From: Candidatus Omnitrophota bacterium
GTDB lineage: Bacteria > Omnitrophota > Gorgyraeia > Zapsychrales > Zapsychraceae
Length of the DNA stretch: 64,000 bases
Assembly: GCA_023247445.1 (NCBI GenBank)
Contig: JAHFGL010000004.1
Coordinates: 1,520-65,519 of the forward strand
Direction of reading: 5' to 3'
Part shown: positions 19,187 to 27,539 of the stretch, piece by piece
How the letters are laid out: every line of letters starts with the position of its first letter
How positions within the stretch are numbered: position 1 is the stretch's first letter
Position numbers and translations under genes: made by a program
Notes under the pieces: generated by a model
Seen by the model: the letters and a program-made list of their open reading frames with translations, nothing else
Told to the model about the DNA's origin: nothing
Databases searched by the model: none

Positions 19187-20218
19187 ATGCCCACCGCGAT
19201 TGTTTCCTCTAACCTAAAAAACTCTGCTGCTTACGCAACGTTATTAAATCAGGTCAAAAAAACTTTGCTCGAGGGGCAGGCGCGCATTGAAGAAGCGCGC
19301 GTTCGCATTTATTGGGAAACTGGAAAACATATTCAAACGCATATTCTCAAATATTCTGATCGTGCGGAATATGGGGCGGAGATTTTTAAGCGATTGTCGA
19401 AAGATTTGAATGTTGATTCAAGCGTTCTGCAGCGTTGTGTTCAATTTGTTAAAGTTTATCCTAAGTTACCAATTCTCGGTGGCCACCGAGAATTCAGTTG
19501 GTCACATTATCTTAAGCTCATTACGATTCCTGATAAAAAAGAGCGGCTTTTGCTTGAAAAGAATATCACTCAAAAAGGCTGGACGGCAGATGAACTCGCC
19601 GCACGGCTTAAGGAAGAACACCAAAAAATTTTAATCCCTAAGCACTCAGCACTAGGCACTAAGCCACTAATTCCACTTCGCGGCGCGCCCTACACCTACC
19701 AGGTGATTGACCGTCCAAATATTAAAACCGGAAAATCGAGTTTGCGATTAGATTTAGGTTTTGGTGTGTTTCATAAAGATCCGGCGCTCGTCGCTTCCTT
19801 TAATAAAGGCGACATCGTGGAGTCGCGTCCAAAGGAGGATGCGTTTAAACTTTACAAAACAAATCGAACGGCCAAAGATCTGTACACCTATTGGGCCGAG
19901 ATTGAGCGCGTCATTGACGGCGATACCGTTAAAGTGCGATTTGATTTAGGATTTAATGTCGAGGTGCGCGAGACTTTGCGTTTGCGCGGGCTCGACTGTC
20001 CAGAAATGGACACGAAGGAAGGCCAAGCGGCGAAAACCTTTGTCCAATCGCATTTGAAAGAAGAGCAATTCGTCCTCGTCCGCTCCAGCCGGTCCGATAA
20101 ATACGACAGATATCTTGCCGATATTTTTATTCCACAGAGCGAAGAACCGAATCCATCGAAGGATTTATATCTGAATAATTTATTGTTGCAGAATGGTTAC
20201 GCGAAACGGATGAAATAA
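19187..20218 (+). CDS. DUF1016_N (YhcG N-terminal) domain fused to a thermonuclease/SNase domain
   Basis: YWETGKHI, RAEYGAEIFKRLSKDL, SWSHY, WT..EL; C-terminal RVIDGDT, LRLRGLDCPE, DKYDRYLA. Confidence 0.85.
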   Translation: MPTAIVSSNLKNSAAYATLLNQVKKTLLEGQARIEEARVRIYWETGKHIQTHILKYSDRAEYGAEIFKRLSKDLNVDSSVLQRCVQFVKVYPKLPILGGHREFSWSHYLKLITIPDKKERLLLEKNITQKGWTADELAARLKEEHQKILIPKHSALGTKPLIPLRGAPYTYQVIDRPNIKTGKSSLRLDLGFGVFHKDPALVASFNKGDIVESRPKEDAFKLYKTNRTAKDLYTYWAEIERVIDGDTVKVRFDLGFNVEVRETLRLRGLDCPEMDTKEGQAAKTFVQSHLKEEQFVLVRSSRSDKYDRYLADIFIPQSEEPNPSKDLYLNNLLLQNGYAKRMK

Positions 20219-20306
20219 TTAGGGACACGTACTTTTCTTTAAACGTAAATAGACCCCGGAAAGTTTATCAATTACCCAAACTTTCAACAATGTAAATGAG
20301 GTTACC

Positions 20307-21119
20307 ATGAATGAAGAATTGAGTGCTTGGAGTATCGTTAAGAAGTTAACGTGGCACGACGCGTTTCACGTTTTGGGTGTTATCGCATTGGCTTGGTTGG
20401 GTTCTTTTTTAATCCGTTGGGTTATCCGTCAATCGGCGGAAAAGGCTCCGGCTTATCTTCGGCTTTTTATGCTGCGGCTGTTGCCGATTTCTCGTCTATT
20501 GATTGCAATCGCGGCCGTTGTCATCATTGTGCCTATTCTCATTGAGCCGAAGTTTCAGAATGTCATCGCGCTTGTGATGAGCGTCGCTGTTGCGTTGGCC
20601 TTTGCGTTCAAAGATTATGCGGGCTGCTTAGCAGCTGGTTTTATTACCGTCTTAGAAAATACTTATCAACCTGGGGATTGGGTCGAGATTGATGGCACCT
20701 ATGGAGAAGTTAAATCCATCGGTCTGCGGGCGCTGTTCCTAGTTACGGCGGATGACACCGAGGTTTCGATTCCCCATTCCCGTCTTTGGTCAACGAGCAT
20801 CTTTAATGCCTCAAGCGGTAACCGAAGTCTTTTGTGCGTTACGAATTTTTATCTGCATCCGGATCATGATGCGGCGTTGGTGCGTAGTCGTTTAACCGAA
20901 ATAGCGCAGGCCAGTTCTTATCGTAAGTCCGATACCCCTGTTGTGGTTATCGTCCTCGAGAAACCCTGGGGAACTCATTATCGGCTTAAGGCTTATGTGA
21001 AAGAGAGCCGGGAACAGTTTTTGTTTATTACAGATTTGACAGTTAAGGGGAAGGCAATGATTCGTTCCCTGGGTATCCGCTTTGCTCAAGCGACTTATGC
21101 CGAGACAAGTTTTAAATAA
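20307..21119 (+). CDS. MscS family mechanosensitive channel
   Basis: Three TM segments, ALAFAFKD, YQPGDWVEIDGTYGEVKSIGLR. Confidence 0.88.
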   Translation: MNEELSAWSIVKKLTWHDAFHVLGVIALAWLGSFLIRWVIRQSAEKAPAYLRLFMLRLLPISRLLIAIAAVVIIVPILIEPKFQNVIALVMSVAVALAFAFKDYAGCLAAGFITVLENTYQPGDWVEIDGTYGEVKSIGLRALFLVTADDTEVSIPHSRLWSTSIFNASSGNRSLLCVTNFYLHPDHDAALVRSRLTEIAQASSYRKSDTPVVVIVLEKPWGTHYRLKAYVKESREQFLFITDLTVKGKAMIRSLGIRFAQATYAETSFK

Positions 21120-21276
21120 TTACAAGTAATTGTCGACCACACACCTGAACCTGATTTTTAAAATTCTTGAGTCCCCAATATTCGTGTGGTAATGTATTTT
21201 CAATTAATATCCGATCAATCCCCCGATCTCGATCCCCCATCGGATTCAATCAGTCCAAAAGAAAGGGGAAAAGTTT

Positions 21277-22125
21277 ATGTCTACAGAAATGAATCTCACC
21301 AAAATCGCCGTCTTTAAGGGAAAGCAAGTTAGAAAGATCATTCATCATAATGAATGGTGGTTTTCAATTAATGACATTATTGAAGTTCTCACAGGGACAG
21401 AAAGACCGCGTAAATATTGGAATGATTTAAAGGTGAAGTTAATAAAGGAGGGTTATGTTGAAGTGTCCGAGAAAATCGGACAACTGAAATTGAAGGCTTC
21501 TGATGGGAAGGAATATTTAACAGATTGTGCAAATACAGAAACTATTTTTCGTATAGTTCAAGCAGTTCCCTCCCCCAAAGCCGAACCTTTCAAACGCTGG
21601 TTAGCCAGGGTTGGTTATGAGCGGATTCAGGAGATTGAAGATCCTGAGTTAGCGATGAAACGCATGCGGGCTATTTATAAGGCTAAGGGCTACTCTGATG
21701 ACTGGATCGAAAAACGTGTGCGTGGCATCGCGATTCGTGAAGAGTTAACGGATGAATGGAATAAGCGCGGTGTAGAAAATCCACGAGAGTACGCGATTTT
21801 AACAGCCGAGATTTCTAAAGCGGCTTTTGGAATGACGCCTTCTGAGTATAAGAAATACAAGGGACTGGACAGGCAAAATTTGCGCGACCACATGACTGAT
21901 TTGGAACTGATTTTTTCTATGCTGGGAGAAGCGTCCACAACAAAGATTGCCCGCGGACGAGATATGAAAGGGTTTGAGCCGAATAAGTAAGCTGCTGTTG
22001 ACGGCGGGTCGATCGCTGGAAACGCTAGAAAAGAATTGGAACAAAAAAGCGGCGAGAAAGTTATTACTCAAGAAAATTTTCGCCAAATTCCTCAAAAGAA
22101 AAAGCAAATAAAAATAAAGAGATAG
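21277..22125 (+). pseudogene. Bro-N domain (phage antirepressor-like) protein interrupted by an in-frame TAA at 21988-21990
   Basis: WWFSINDII, PRKYWNDLK, PSPKAEPFKRWLA, NLRDHMTDLELIF. The frame continues after the stop as AAVDGGSIAGNARKELEQKSGEKVITQENF, the typical C-terminus of this family, to TAG at 22125. Confidence 0.82.
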
Positions 22126-22142
22126 AGGCTCCCTTACATACC

Positions 22143-22805
22143 ATGCCCACACTCGACACAACCGAAAAATTTAAGAAATATATCTTTTGGATCTTCCGCG
22201 CTCTCTTGATCGTCACCGCGATCATCGCCGTCTTTTCCCATCATTGGAAAGAAGTCATGTATCTTTTATTTATTTTATTCCTGACGTTTCTGCCCAGGAT
22301 CATCGAGGGAAAGGTCGGGCTTGATTATCCCAGCGAGATTGAGATCATCATCCTTTTGTTTATCATAGCCTCGATTTATTTGGGCGAGATGCATTCCTTT
22401 TACGAAAAGTTCCCGTGGTGGGACGTGCTTTTACACTCGATTTCCGCGGTCATTATCGGTGGCATCGGGTTTTCGATTGTTTTTATTCTCAACAAGAGTA
22501 AGAAAATAGTTTTTAAATTAAGTCCCGGATTTGTGTGTTTGTTTGCGTTTTGTTTTGCGGTCGCCTTTGGTGCGCTGTGGGAAATTTTTGAATATATGAT
22601 GGATCAAGCCTTTGGCCTTAATATGCAAAAGTCAGGGCTTGTTGATACGATGGAAGACTTGATTGTCGATTCCTTGGGCGCGCTAGTTTTTGCTGTGTTT
22701 GGATATTTTCATTTAAAACGCAAGATTCATATGTTTGACTGGTTAGCCAGAAAATTCTTTAAGCTCAATCCGGAGTTAAAAGAGACATCACAAGAGAATT
22801 TATAA
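22143..22805 (+). CDS. Conserved membrane protein (YjdF/DUF2238-like)
   Basis: Multiple TM segments with WWDVLLH, LWEIFEY, DTMEDL. Confidence 0.75.
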   Translation: MPTLDTTEKFKKYIFWIFRALLIVTAIIAVFSHHWKEVMYLLFILFLTFLPRIIEGKVGLDYPSEIEIIILLFIIASIYLGEMHSFYEKFPWWDVLLHSISAVIIGGIGFSIVFILNKSKKIVFKLSPGFVCLFAFCFAVAFGALWEIFEYMMDQAFGLNMQKSGLVDTMEDLIVDSLGALVFAVFGYFHLKRKIHMFDWLARKFFKLNPELKETSQENL

Positions 22806-22913
22806 TTGCCATAACCTGGCCGTTGTGATAAAAAATATCCAGCTCAATTCCCCACCGTTTTAGTTTATCCCCCAACTAAACTATCCAATAAATCATTAAT
22901 CAAAGGGGGAAGT

Positions 22914-23480
22914 ATGTCTACAGATAGGAAACAGAAAAAACAATCTAATAAAGGATTGGTTCATTTCGTTTCAAAGGAAATTATAGAAAGTAAGATTTAT
23001 TTAATACGTGGACGCAAAGTTATGTTTGATCATGATTTGGCAAAATTATACGAGGTTCCCACGCATCGATTAAATGAACAAGTCAAAAGAAATCCTGAGC
23101 GATTTCCAAAAGATTTTGTGTTTCAATTAAGCAACGAAGAATATAAAGCTTTGAGCTCGCATTTTGCGAGCTCAAAAAAGGGCTCCGGCGGACGTAGATA
23201 TTTACCGTTTGTTTTTACAGAACAGGGGGTAGCCATGCTTTCAAGCGTTTTAAAAAGTAAGAAAGCAGCTTTAGTTAACGTTGCTATCATGCGAGTTTTT
23301 GTAAAGATTCGAGAATTATTAACAACACATAAGAATTTGGCGGATAAATTAAAAGAGCTTGCCACGCGCATTGACAATCACGATGAACAAATTCACTCAA
23401 TATTTGACGCCATTCGACAGTTGATAAAAGAAGAAGAAAAGCCCAGGCGCGGGATTGGGTTTCATGTGAAGTATGATTAG
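22914..23480 (+). CDS. ORF6N domain DNA-binding protein
   Basis: IYLIRGRKVMFDHDLAKLYEV, NEQVKRNPERFPKDF, PFVFTEQGVAMLSSVLKS, IMRVFV, C-terminal IGF. Confidence 0.93.
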   Translation: MSTDRKQKKQSNKGLVHFVSKEIIESKIYLIRGRKVMFDHDLAKLYEVPTHRLNEQVKRNPERFPKDFVFQLSNEEYKALSSHFASSKKGSGGRRYLPFVFTEQGVAMLSSVLKSKKAALVNVAIMRVFVKIRELLTTHKNLADKLKELATRIDNHDEQIHSIFDAIRQLIKEEEKPRRGIGFHVKYD

Positions 23481-23574
23481 TTTTTTAATAGAAGATGAAT
23501 TTAAATTTTTGAGGTTCCAATTTGGAACCTCAAAGGTTAGTATCTTGATGTGCCAATTTGGCACCTCAAGTTGA
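23473..23574 (+). CDS. Possible 33-aa micro-ORF carrying two copies of the ORF6N variable motif
   Basis: ATG overlaps the end of the ORF6N gene; reads MISFLIEDEFKFLRFQFGTSKVSILMCQFGTSS. Translation is unproven. Confidence 0.3.
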   Translation: MISFLIEDEFKFLRFQFGTSKVSILMCQFGTSS

Positions 23575-23615
23575 ATTTTAAAATTGGAAGTCACAGCTTG
23601 TGACTTCCAATTTTA
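23508..23615. repeat. Array of three palindromes homologous to the ORF6N internal palindrome
   Basis: TTTGAGGTTCCA-att-TGGAACCTCAAA, CTTGATGTGCCA-att-TGGCACCTCAAG and ATTGGAAGTCACA-gct-TGTGACTTCCAAT, compared with the in-gene TTTGAGCTCGCA-ttt-TGCGAGCTCAAA (23150-23176). Confidence 0.92.
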
Positions 23616-23693
23616 TTGCTTGTTTCTTCCCCCCGTCAACGTTAGAATAACCCCTGTATTTATTTAGTTAAACACACAAGTTAAGGAATCATC

Positions 23694-24767
23694 ATGGAAA
23701 TTGGAATTGTAGGTTTGCCTAACGTCGGGAAATCAACCCTTTTTAACGCGCTAACCGGCGCCGCAGTCGCAGCTGAAAACTTTCCGTTTACAACCATTGA
23801 ACCAAACGTTGGGATTGTTCCACTACCTGACCCGCGTTTATATGTTTTAGCTGAAAAATTTGAGAGTCAAAAGATCACGCCTTCCGGCATTCGATTTGTG
23901 GATATCGCGGGGCTCGTCAAAGGGGCCAGCCAAGGCGAAGGATTGGGCAATCAGTTTTTAGGCCACATCCGCGCCGTTGATGCCATTGCCCACGTGGTGC
24001 GCTGTTTTCGCGATGATAATGTTGTCAACGTCATGGATCAGCTGGATCCAGTTAATGCCGCTGATATTATTGAAACAGAATTGTTACTTGCCGATTTACA
24101 GCAAGCGCAAAAAGCCCTTGAGAAATTAAAAAAGAATGCCAAGTCCGGCGCCAAAGAAGATAAAGAAAAGGTCGCCGTGATGGAAGAGATTCTAAAAGCT
24201 TTTGAAGAAGGCAAGTCAGCCCGCAGCCAATCAATTCCTAAAGAATTTTTAGAAGAATATCAATTTCTAACGGCCAAGCCGCTTTTATATGTGGCCAACA
24301 CCGATGAAGGCCCTGCCGATCCCAAATTACTTGGACCATTACAGGTTCGTGCAGAGAAAGAAAATGCAAAGATCGTTGTCCTTTCGACAAAATTAGAAGC
24401 CGAAATTGTTCAACTTCCCGAAGAAGAAAGAGCGGTTTATTATGAATCAGCGGGAATCACTTCCCCTGGACTGGCAACACTCGCTAAAGCCGGACGAGAA
24501 TTATTAAATCAAGTTTGTTTTTTTACAGCCGGGGAAAAAGAGACCCGCGCCTGGCTTATTAATAAAGGAACAAAGGCCGCGAAGGCGGCTGGAAAAATTC
24601 ATACGGACATTGAACGTGGATTTATCCGCGCGGAAGTTTACAAATATGATGATTTGGTCAAGCTAGGAACTTACAAGGCGATTCAAGAAAAAGGACTCGT
24701 GGCGCTTGAAGGAAAAGATTACGAAATAAAAGAAGGCGATGTTGTTTATTTTAGGTTTAGTGTCTAG
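23694..24767 (+). CDS. ychF: Redox-regulated ATPase YchF
   Basis: GIVGLPNVGKST, FTTIEPN, DIAGLVKGASQGEGLGN, C-terminal TGS domain. Confidence 0.97.
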   Translation: MEIGIVGLPNVGKSTLFNALTGAAVAAENFPFTTIEPNVGIVPLPDPRLYVLAEKFESQKITPSGIRFVDIAGLVKGASQGEGLGNQFLGHIRAVDAIAHVVRCFRDDNVVNVMDQLDPVNAADIIETELLLADLQQAQKALEKLKKNAKSGAKEDKEKVAVMEEILKAFEEGKSARSQSIPKEFLEEYQFLTAKPLLYVANTDEGPADPKLLGPLQVRAEKENAKIVVLSTKLEAEIVQLPEEERAVYYESAGITSPGLATLAKAGRELLNQVCFFTAGEKETRAWLINKGTKAAKAAGKIHTDIERGFIRAEVYKYDDLVKLGTYKAIQEKGLVALEGKDYEIKEGDVVYFRFSV

Positions 24768-24820
24768 CACAGATTATTTCAATTAAGCAACAGCGTTTTA
24801 AACATATGGATTGTTAAAAT

Positions 24821-24980
24821 AAATTCCAATAAACAAATACCAAATGCCAAACAATATACAAATACACAAATCCCAATGGCCAAAAGTCACATTCAGTTTT
24901 GTAGCTTGTTAATTGGAGTTTTTTTGGTATTTATGATTTGGGATTTGAATATTGTCTGTGATTTGGTGCTTGGGATTTTT
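24821..24980 (+). repeat. Intergenic heptamer-based imperfect inverted-repeat element, copy 1
   Basis: CAAAT-rich left arm and ATTTG-rich right arm; similar to 29721-29848. Confidence 0.8.
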
Positions 24981-25002
24981 AATTTAAAAAGAGGAGATTC
25001 TT

Positions 25003-25419
25003 ATGATTAAAGCAGAATTGGGAAGACAGCTCATGATCAACGTTGATAACACCGTTGGATCGCTGGCGGAGGTTACCAGTGTCGTCTCGGCATCAAGCAT
25101 TAATCAAATCGCTATTTGTGCGTATTCCGTTGGCAAGAAAGTTGCGATTATGTGCGTGACGGAAGACAATAATGCCGCGAAGAAGCTGTTGGAAGATCAG
25201 GGGTTTCTTGTTCAGGAAGAAGAGGTTGTTTTGTTAACGATTGATAATAAGGCCGGATCTCTACAGCGCGTCACCGATAAAATCGCTGAGGCGGGTGTTG
25301 ATTTGAAATTAATCTACGGCAGTGTTTCCCCCGGACAAGAGTCGGCGCGCATTGTTATTATTGCTGAAAATAATTTAGATGTAATTATGGTCATTAAAAC
25401 AGAACTTGAGCGCAGCTAA
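25003..25419 (+). CDS. Tandem ACT domain protein
   Basis: Two DN..GSL..VT repeats. GAGGAG RBS. Confidence 0.85.
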   Translation: MIKAELGRQLMINVDNTVGSLAEVTSVVSASSINQIAICAYSVGKKVAIMCVTEDNNAAKKLLEDQGFLVQEEEVVLLTIDNKAGSLQRVTDKIAEAGVDLKLIYGSVSPGQESARIVIIAENNLDVIMVIKTELERS

Positions 25420-25432
25420 GAGGAGTAAGACA

Positions 25433-25699
25433 ATGTCATTTCAAGGTCAAGGCATGGATGAAAAACAAAAGCAAGTCTTTGATAAAGCACGCAAAGGCGT
25501 TTTGAAATATTTAGTGGAAAAAGGCGGCAAGCTCAATATGGGCGAGTTGCACGACTACAGCATGAATAAATATTTTATCCAGCATCAGGGGTTTTCGCGG
25601 ATGATGGAAACCTTTGTCGATGAAGGATTGGCACAATATGATGCAGCAACACAAGAGGTCACGATTTCTGAACTCGGTCAACAATTTATCTCCAGCTAA
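25433..25699 (+). CDS. Hypothetical protein, winged-helix-like
   Basis: GAGGAG RBS; pattern ending VTISELG resembles a wHTH wing. Confidence 0.7.
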   Translation: MSFQGQGMDEKQKQVFDKARKGVLKYLVEKGGKLNMGELHDYSMNKYFIQHQGFSRMMETFVDEGLAQYDAATQEVTISELGQQFISS

Positions 25700-25713
25700 A
25701 GCTTACCCTACAA

Positions 25714-26943
25714 GTGAATAATAAAATTTATGACGTAGTTATCGTTGGCGCAGGCGCGGCAGGCCTTATGACGGCCATTTGCTGCCGTCGGCATGGCCTT
25801 GAGGTTCTGTTGTTAGACGGTCAACCTAAGATTGGCGCCAAGATTTTAATGTCGGGCGGCACGCGCTGCAATGTAACGAACTTCGATGTCAACGAACGCG
25901 ATTATCAGAGTGAAGAACTGCGCACCGTGCGCAATGTTCTTAAGGCTTTTCCTGCCACACAAACAATTAAATTTTTTCGCCGGCTTGGCGTTAATCTTAT
26001 CTTAGAGCCCGGTGGGAAATATTTTCCCACCACACATTCGGGAAAGACAGTTTTGGAGGCCTTCCTTAAAGAGATTGATCGATTAGGCGTTGTTTTGCAG
26101 ACCTCTTGTAAAGTTGACCACATTGAATTTGACGGCAAGAAATTTCATGTTCGCGGAGAAAATTTTGCGACACTTTCTAAAACGGTTGTGCTCTGTTCTG
26201 GCGGGCTGTCGTACCCAACAACAGGCAGTGACGGCGTTGGCTACCGATTGGCTAAACATTTTGGTCATCATTTGATTCCAACAACGCCGGCGTTAACACC
26301 GTTTGGAACCAGTGATCAGGATTGGAAAGATTTAAGTGGCGTTACGCTGCCTGCGCGCTTAACCCTTCACGTTGATGGAAAGAAACACATTGCGTACGAA
26401 GACTCATTTCTTTTTACCCATTTTGGATATAGCGGCCCGTGTGTGCTCGACATCAGTCGTCATTGGATCAGGCTTAAAGATAAACATGATGTGAAACTAA
26501 CCGCGAACTTCTTGCCCGATTTTGACGAACAATTGTTGCGCAGCAGTTTGGATCAATTTGTTAAAGATCATCCTAAGAAATTGACAAAAAGTTTCTTAGT
26601 CGAGAAATTGCCGGAACGTTTCATTGAAACTTTCTTGAAAAAGATTGATTTAGATGACACGATAGGTGTCAGTCAGCTCAAGAAAGAAAATCGAGAGCGA
26701 TTGATTTCTGGTTTACTTTCTTGTCCACTCCCAGTAACAGGGGTGATTGGTTATAAAAAAGCGGAGGTTACCGCTGGAGGTGTTGATTTTAAAGAAGTCG
26801 ATGCCAAGACTTTGGAATCCAAATTGCAGCGAGGACTTTTTTTTGCCGGCGAGATTTTAGACGTTGATGGTCGCATTGGTGGATTTAATTTTCAATGGGC
26901 TTGGGCCAGTGGATATGTGGTGGCGCAGGCCATTATCAAGTAA
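25714..26943 (+). CDS. HI0933/BaiN family NAD(P)/FAD-dependent flavoprotein
   Basis: GAGAAG, KILMSGGTRCNVTN, LFTHFGYSGP, GRIGGFNFQWAW. Confidence 0.93.
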   Translation: MNNKIYDVVIVGAGAAGLMTAICCRRHGLEVLLLDGQPKIGAKILMSGGTRCNVTNFDVNERDYQSEELRTVRNVLKAFPATQTIKFFRRLGVNLILEPGGKYFPTTHSGKTVLEAFLKEIDRLGVVLQTSCKVDHIEFDGKKFHVRGENFATLSKTVVLCSGGLSYPTTGSDGVGYRLAKHFGHHLIPTTPALTPFGTSDQDWKDLSGVTLPARLTLHVDGKKHIAYEDSFLFTHFGYSGPCVLDISRHWIRLKDKHDVKLTANFLPDFDEQLLRSSLDQFVKDHPKKLTKSFLVEKLPERFIETFLKKIDLDDTIGVSQLKKENRERLISGLLSCPLPVTGVIGYKKAEVTAGGVDFKEVDAKTLESKLQRGLFFAGEILDVDGRIGGFNFQWAWASGYVVAQAIIK

Positions 26944-26960
26944 TTGAACTAAAGGTTAGA

Positions 26961-27539
26961 ATGATTCAAGTTGTCGAAACGTTATTTAATCCTAAGGGGA
27001 TGGCCATTTTTTGGACATTTGCCGAGGGATTTATTTTAATATTCTTACGAGGCCTTTTTCTTAATCTCAAAGAACAAAAAAAGCAGAATGGTTTTATTGT
27101 TATAAGCTGCGTCCTTTTTATTCTTTTAACGTGGGTAATCATGTATGGACAAAAGTTTATACCACTTCCAACGAGCAATTATGGGTATCAAATTATGTTT
27201 TGGAACTTTTTTTGTACCCTGTGGGTTGTTCTAGAAGGGACCAGCGTATTTTATGCCTTTCAAATTTACAAACACATAAAGAAGATCAACCCCGCGGTTT
27301 GGACCGCCTATATTCTTCCCCTATTAGTCGTGGGGGCGTTTGGTTTTTTTATTTTTTATCAGAGTTATGCCATCTTTGTCTGTCAGAAATATCATTTATA
27401 TAAGGATGAGTTTTATAATATGCAGTTGTTTTATGTTCGGATTTGCGGAGTTTTCTGGATAACTTTCGAATGGTTGGCGGTTGTAATCTGGCTTAGATTA
27501 TTTTCATTGTTAAAAGAGGATCAATCCCATGCTAGATAA
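26961..27539 (+). CDS. Hypothetical membrane protein
   Basis: About five TM segments; repeated W-x3-E motif. Confidence 0.7.
   Translation: MIQVVETLFNPKGMAIFWTFAEGFILIFLRGLFLNLKEQKKQNGFIVISCVLFILLTWVIMYGQKFIPLPTSNYGYQIMFWNFFCTLWVVLEGTSVFYAFQIYKHIKKINPAVWTAYILPLLVVGAFGFFIFYQSYAIFVCQKYHLYKDEFYNMQLFYVRICGVFWITFEWLAVVIWLRLFSLLKEDQSHAR

Noticed and set aside
21988-21990. Stop-codon reassignment
   Set aside because: TAA, TAG and TGA all terminate conserved genes normally in this window, so a single nonsense change is simpler.
23397-23594. 65-aa minus-strand ORF with repeated EVPNW
   Set aside because: It is an antisense by-product of the palindrome array, with no independent support.
23508-23615. 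Palindrome array as a CRISPR array or simple terminator
   Set aside because: The units are non-identical, the gaps are only about 10 bp, and there are no cas genes. The units match a coding segment of the upstream gene. The last hairpin may still also terminate transcription.
17911-23620. Prophage or integron
   Set aside because: Bro-N and ORF6N are phage-associated domains, but there are no structural genes, integrase or recognisable attC sites.
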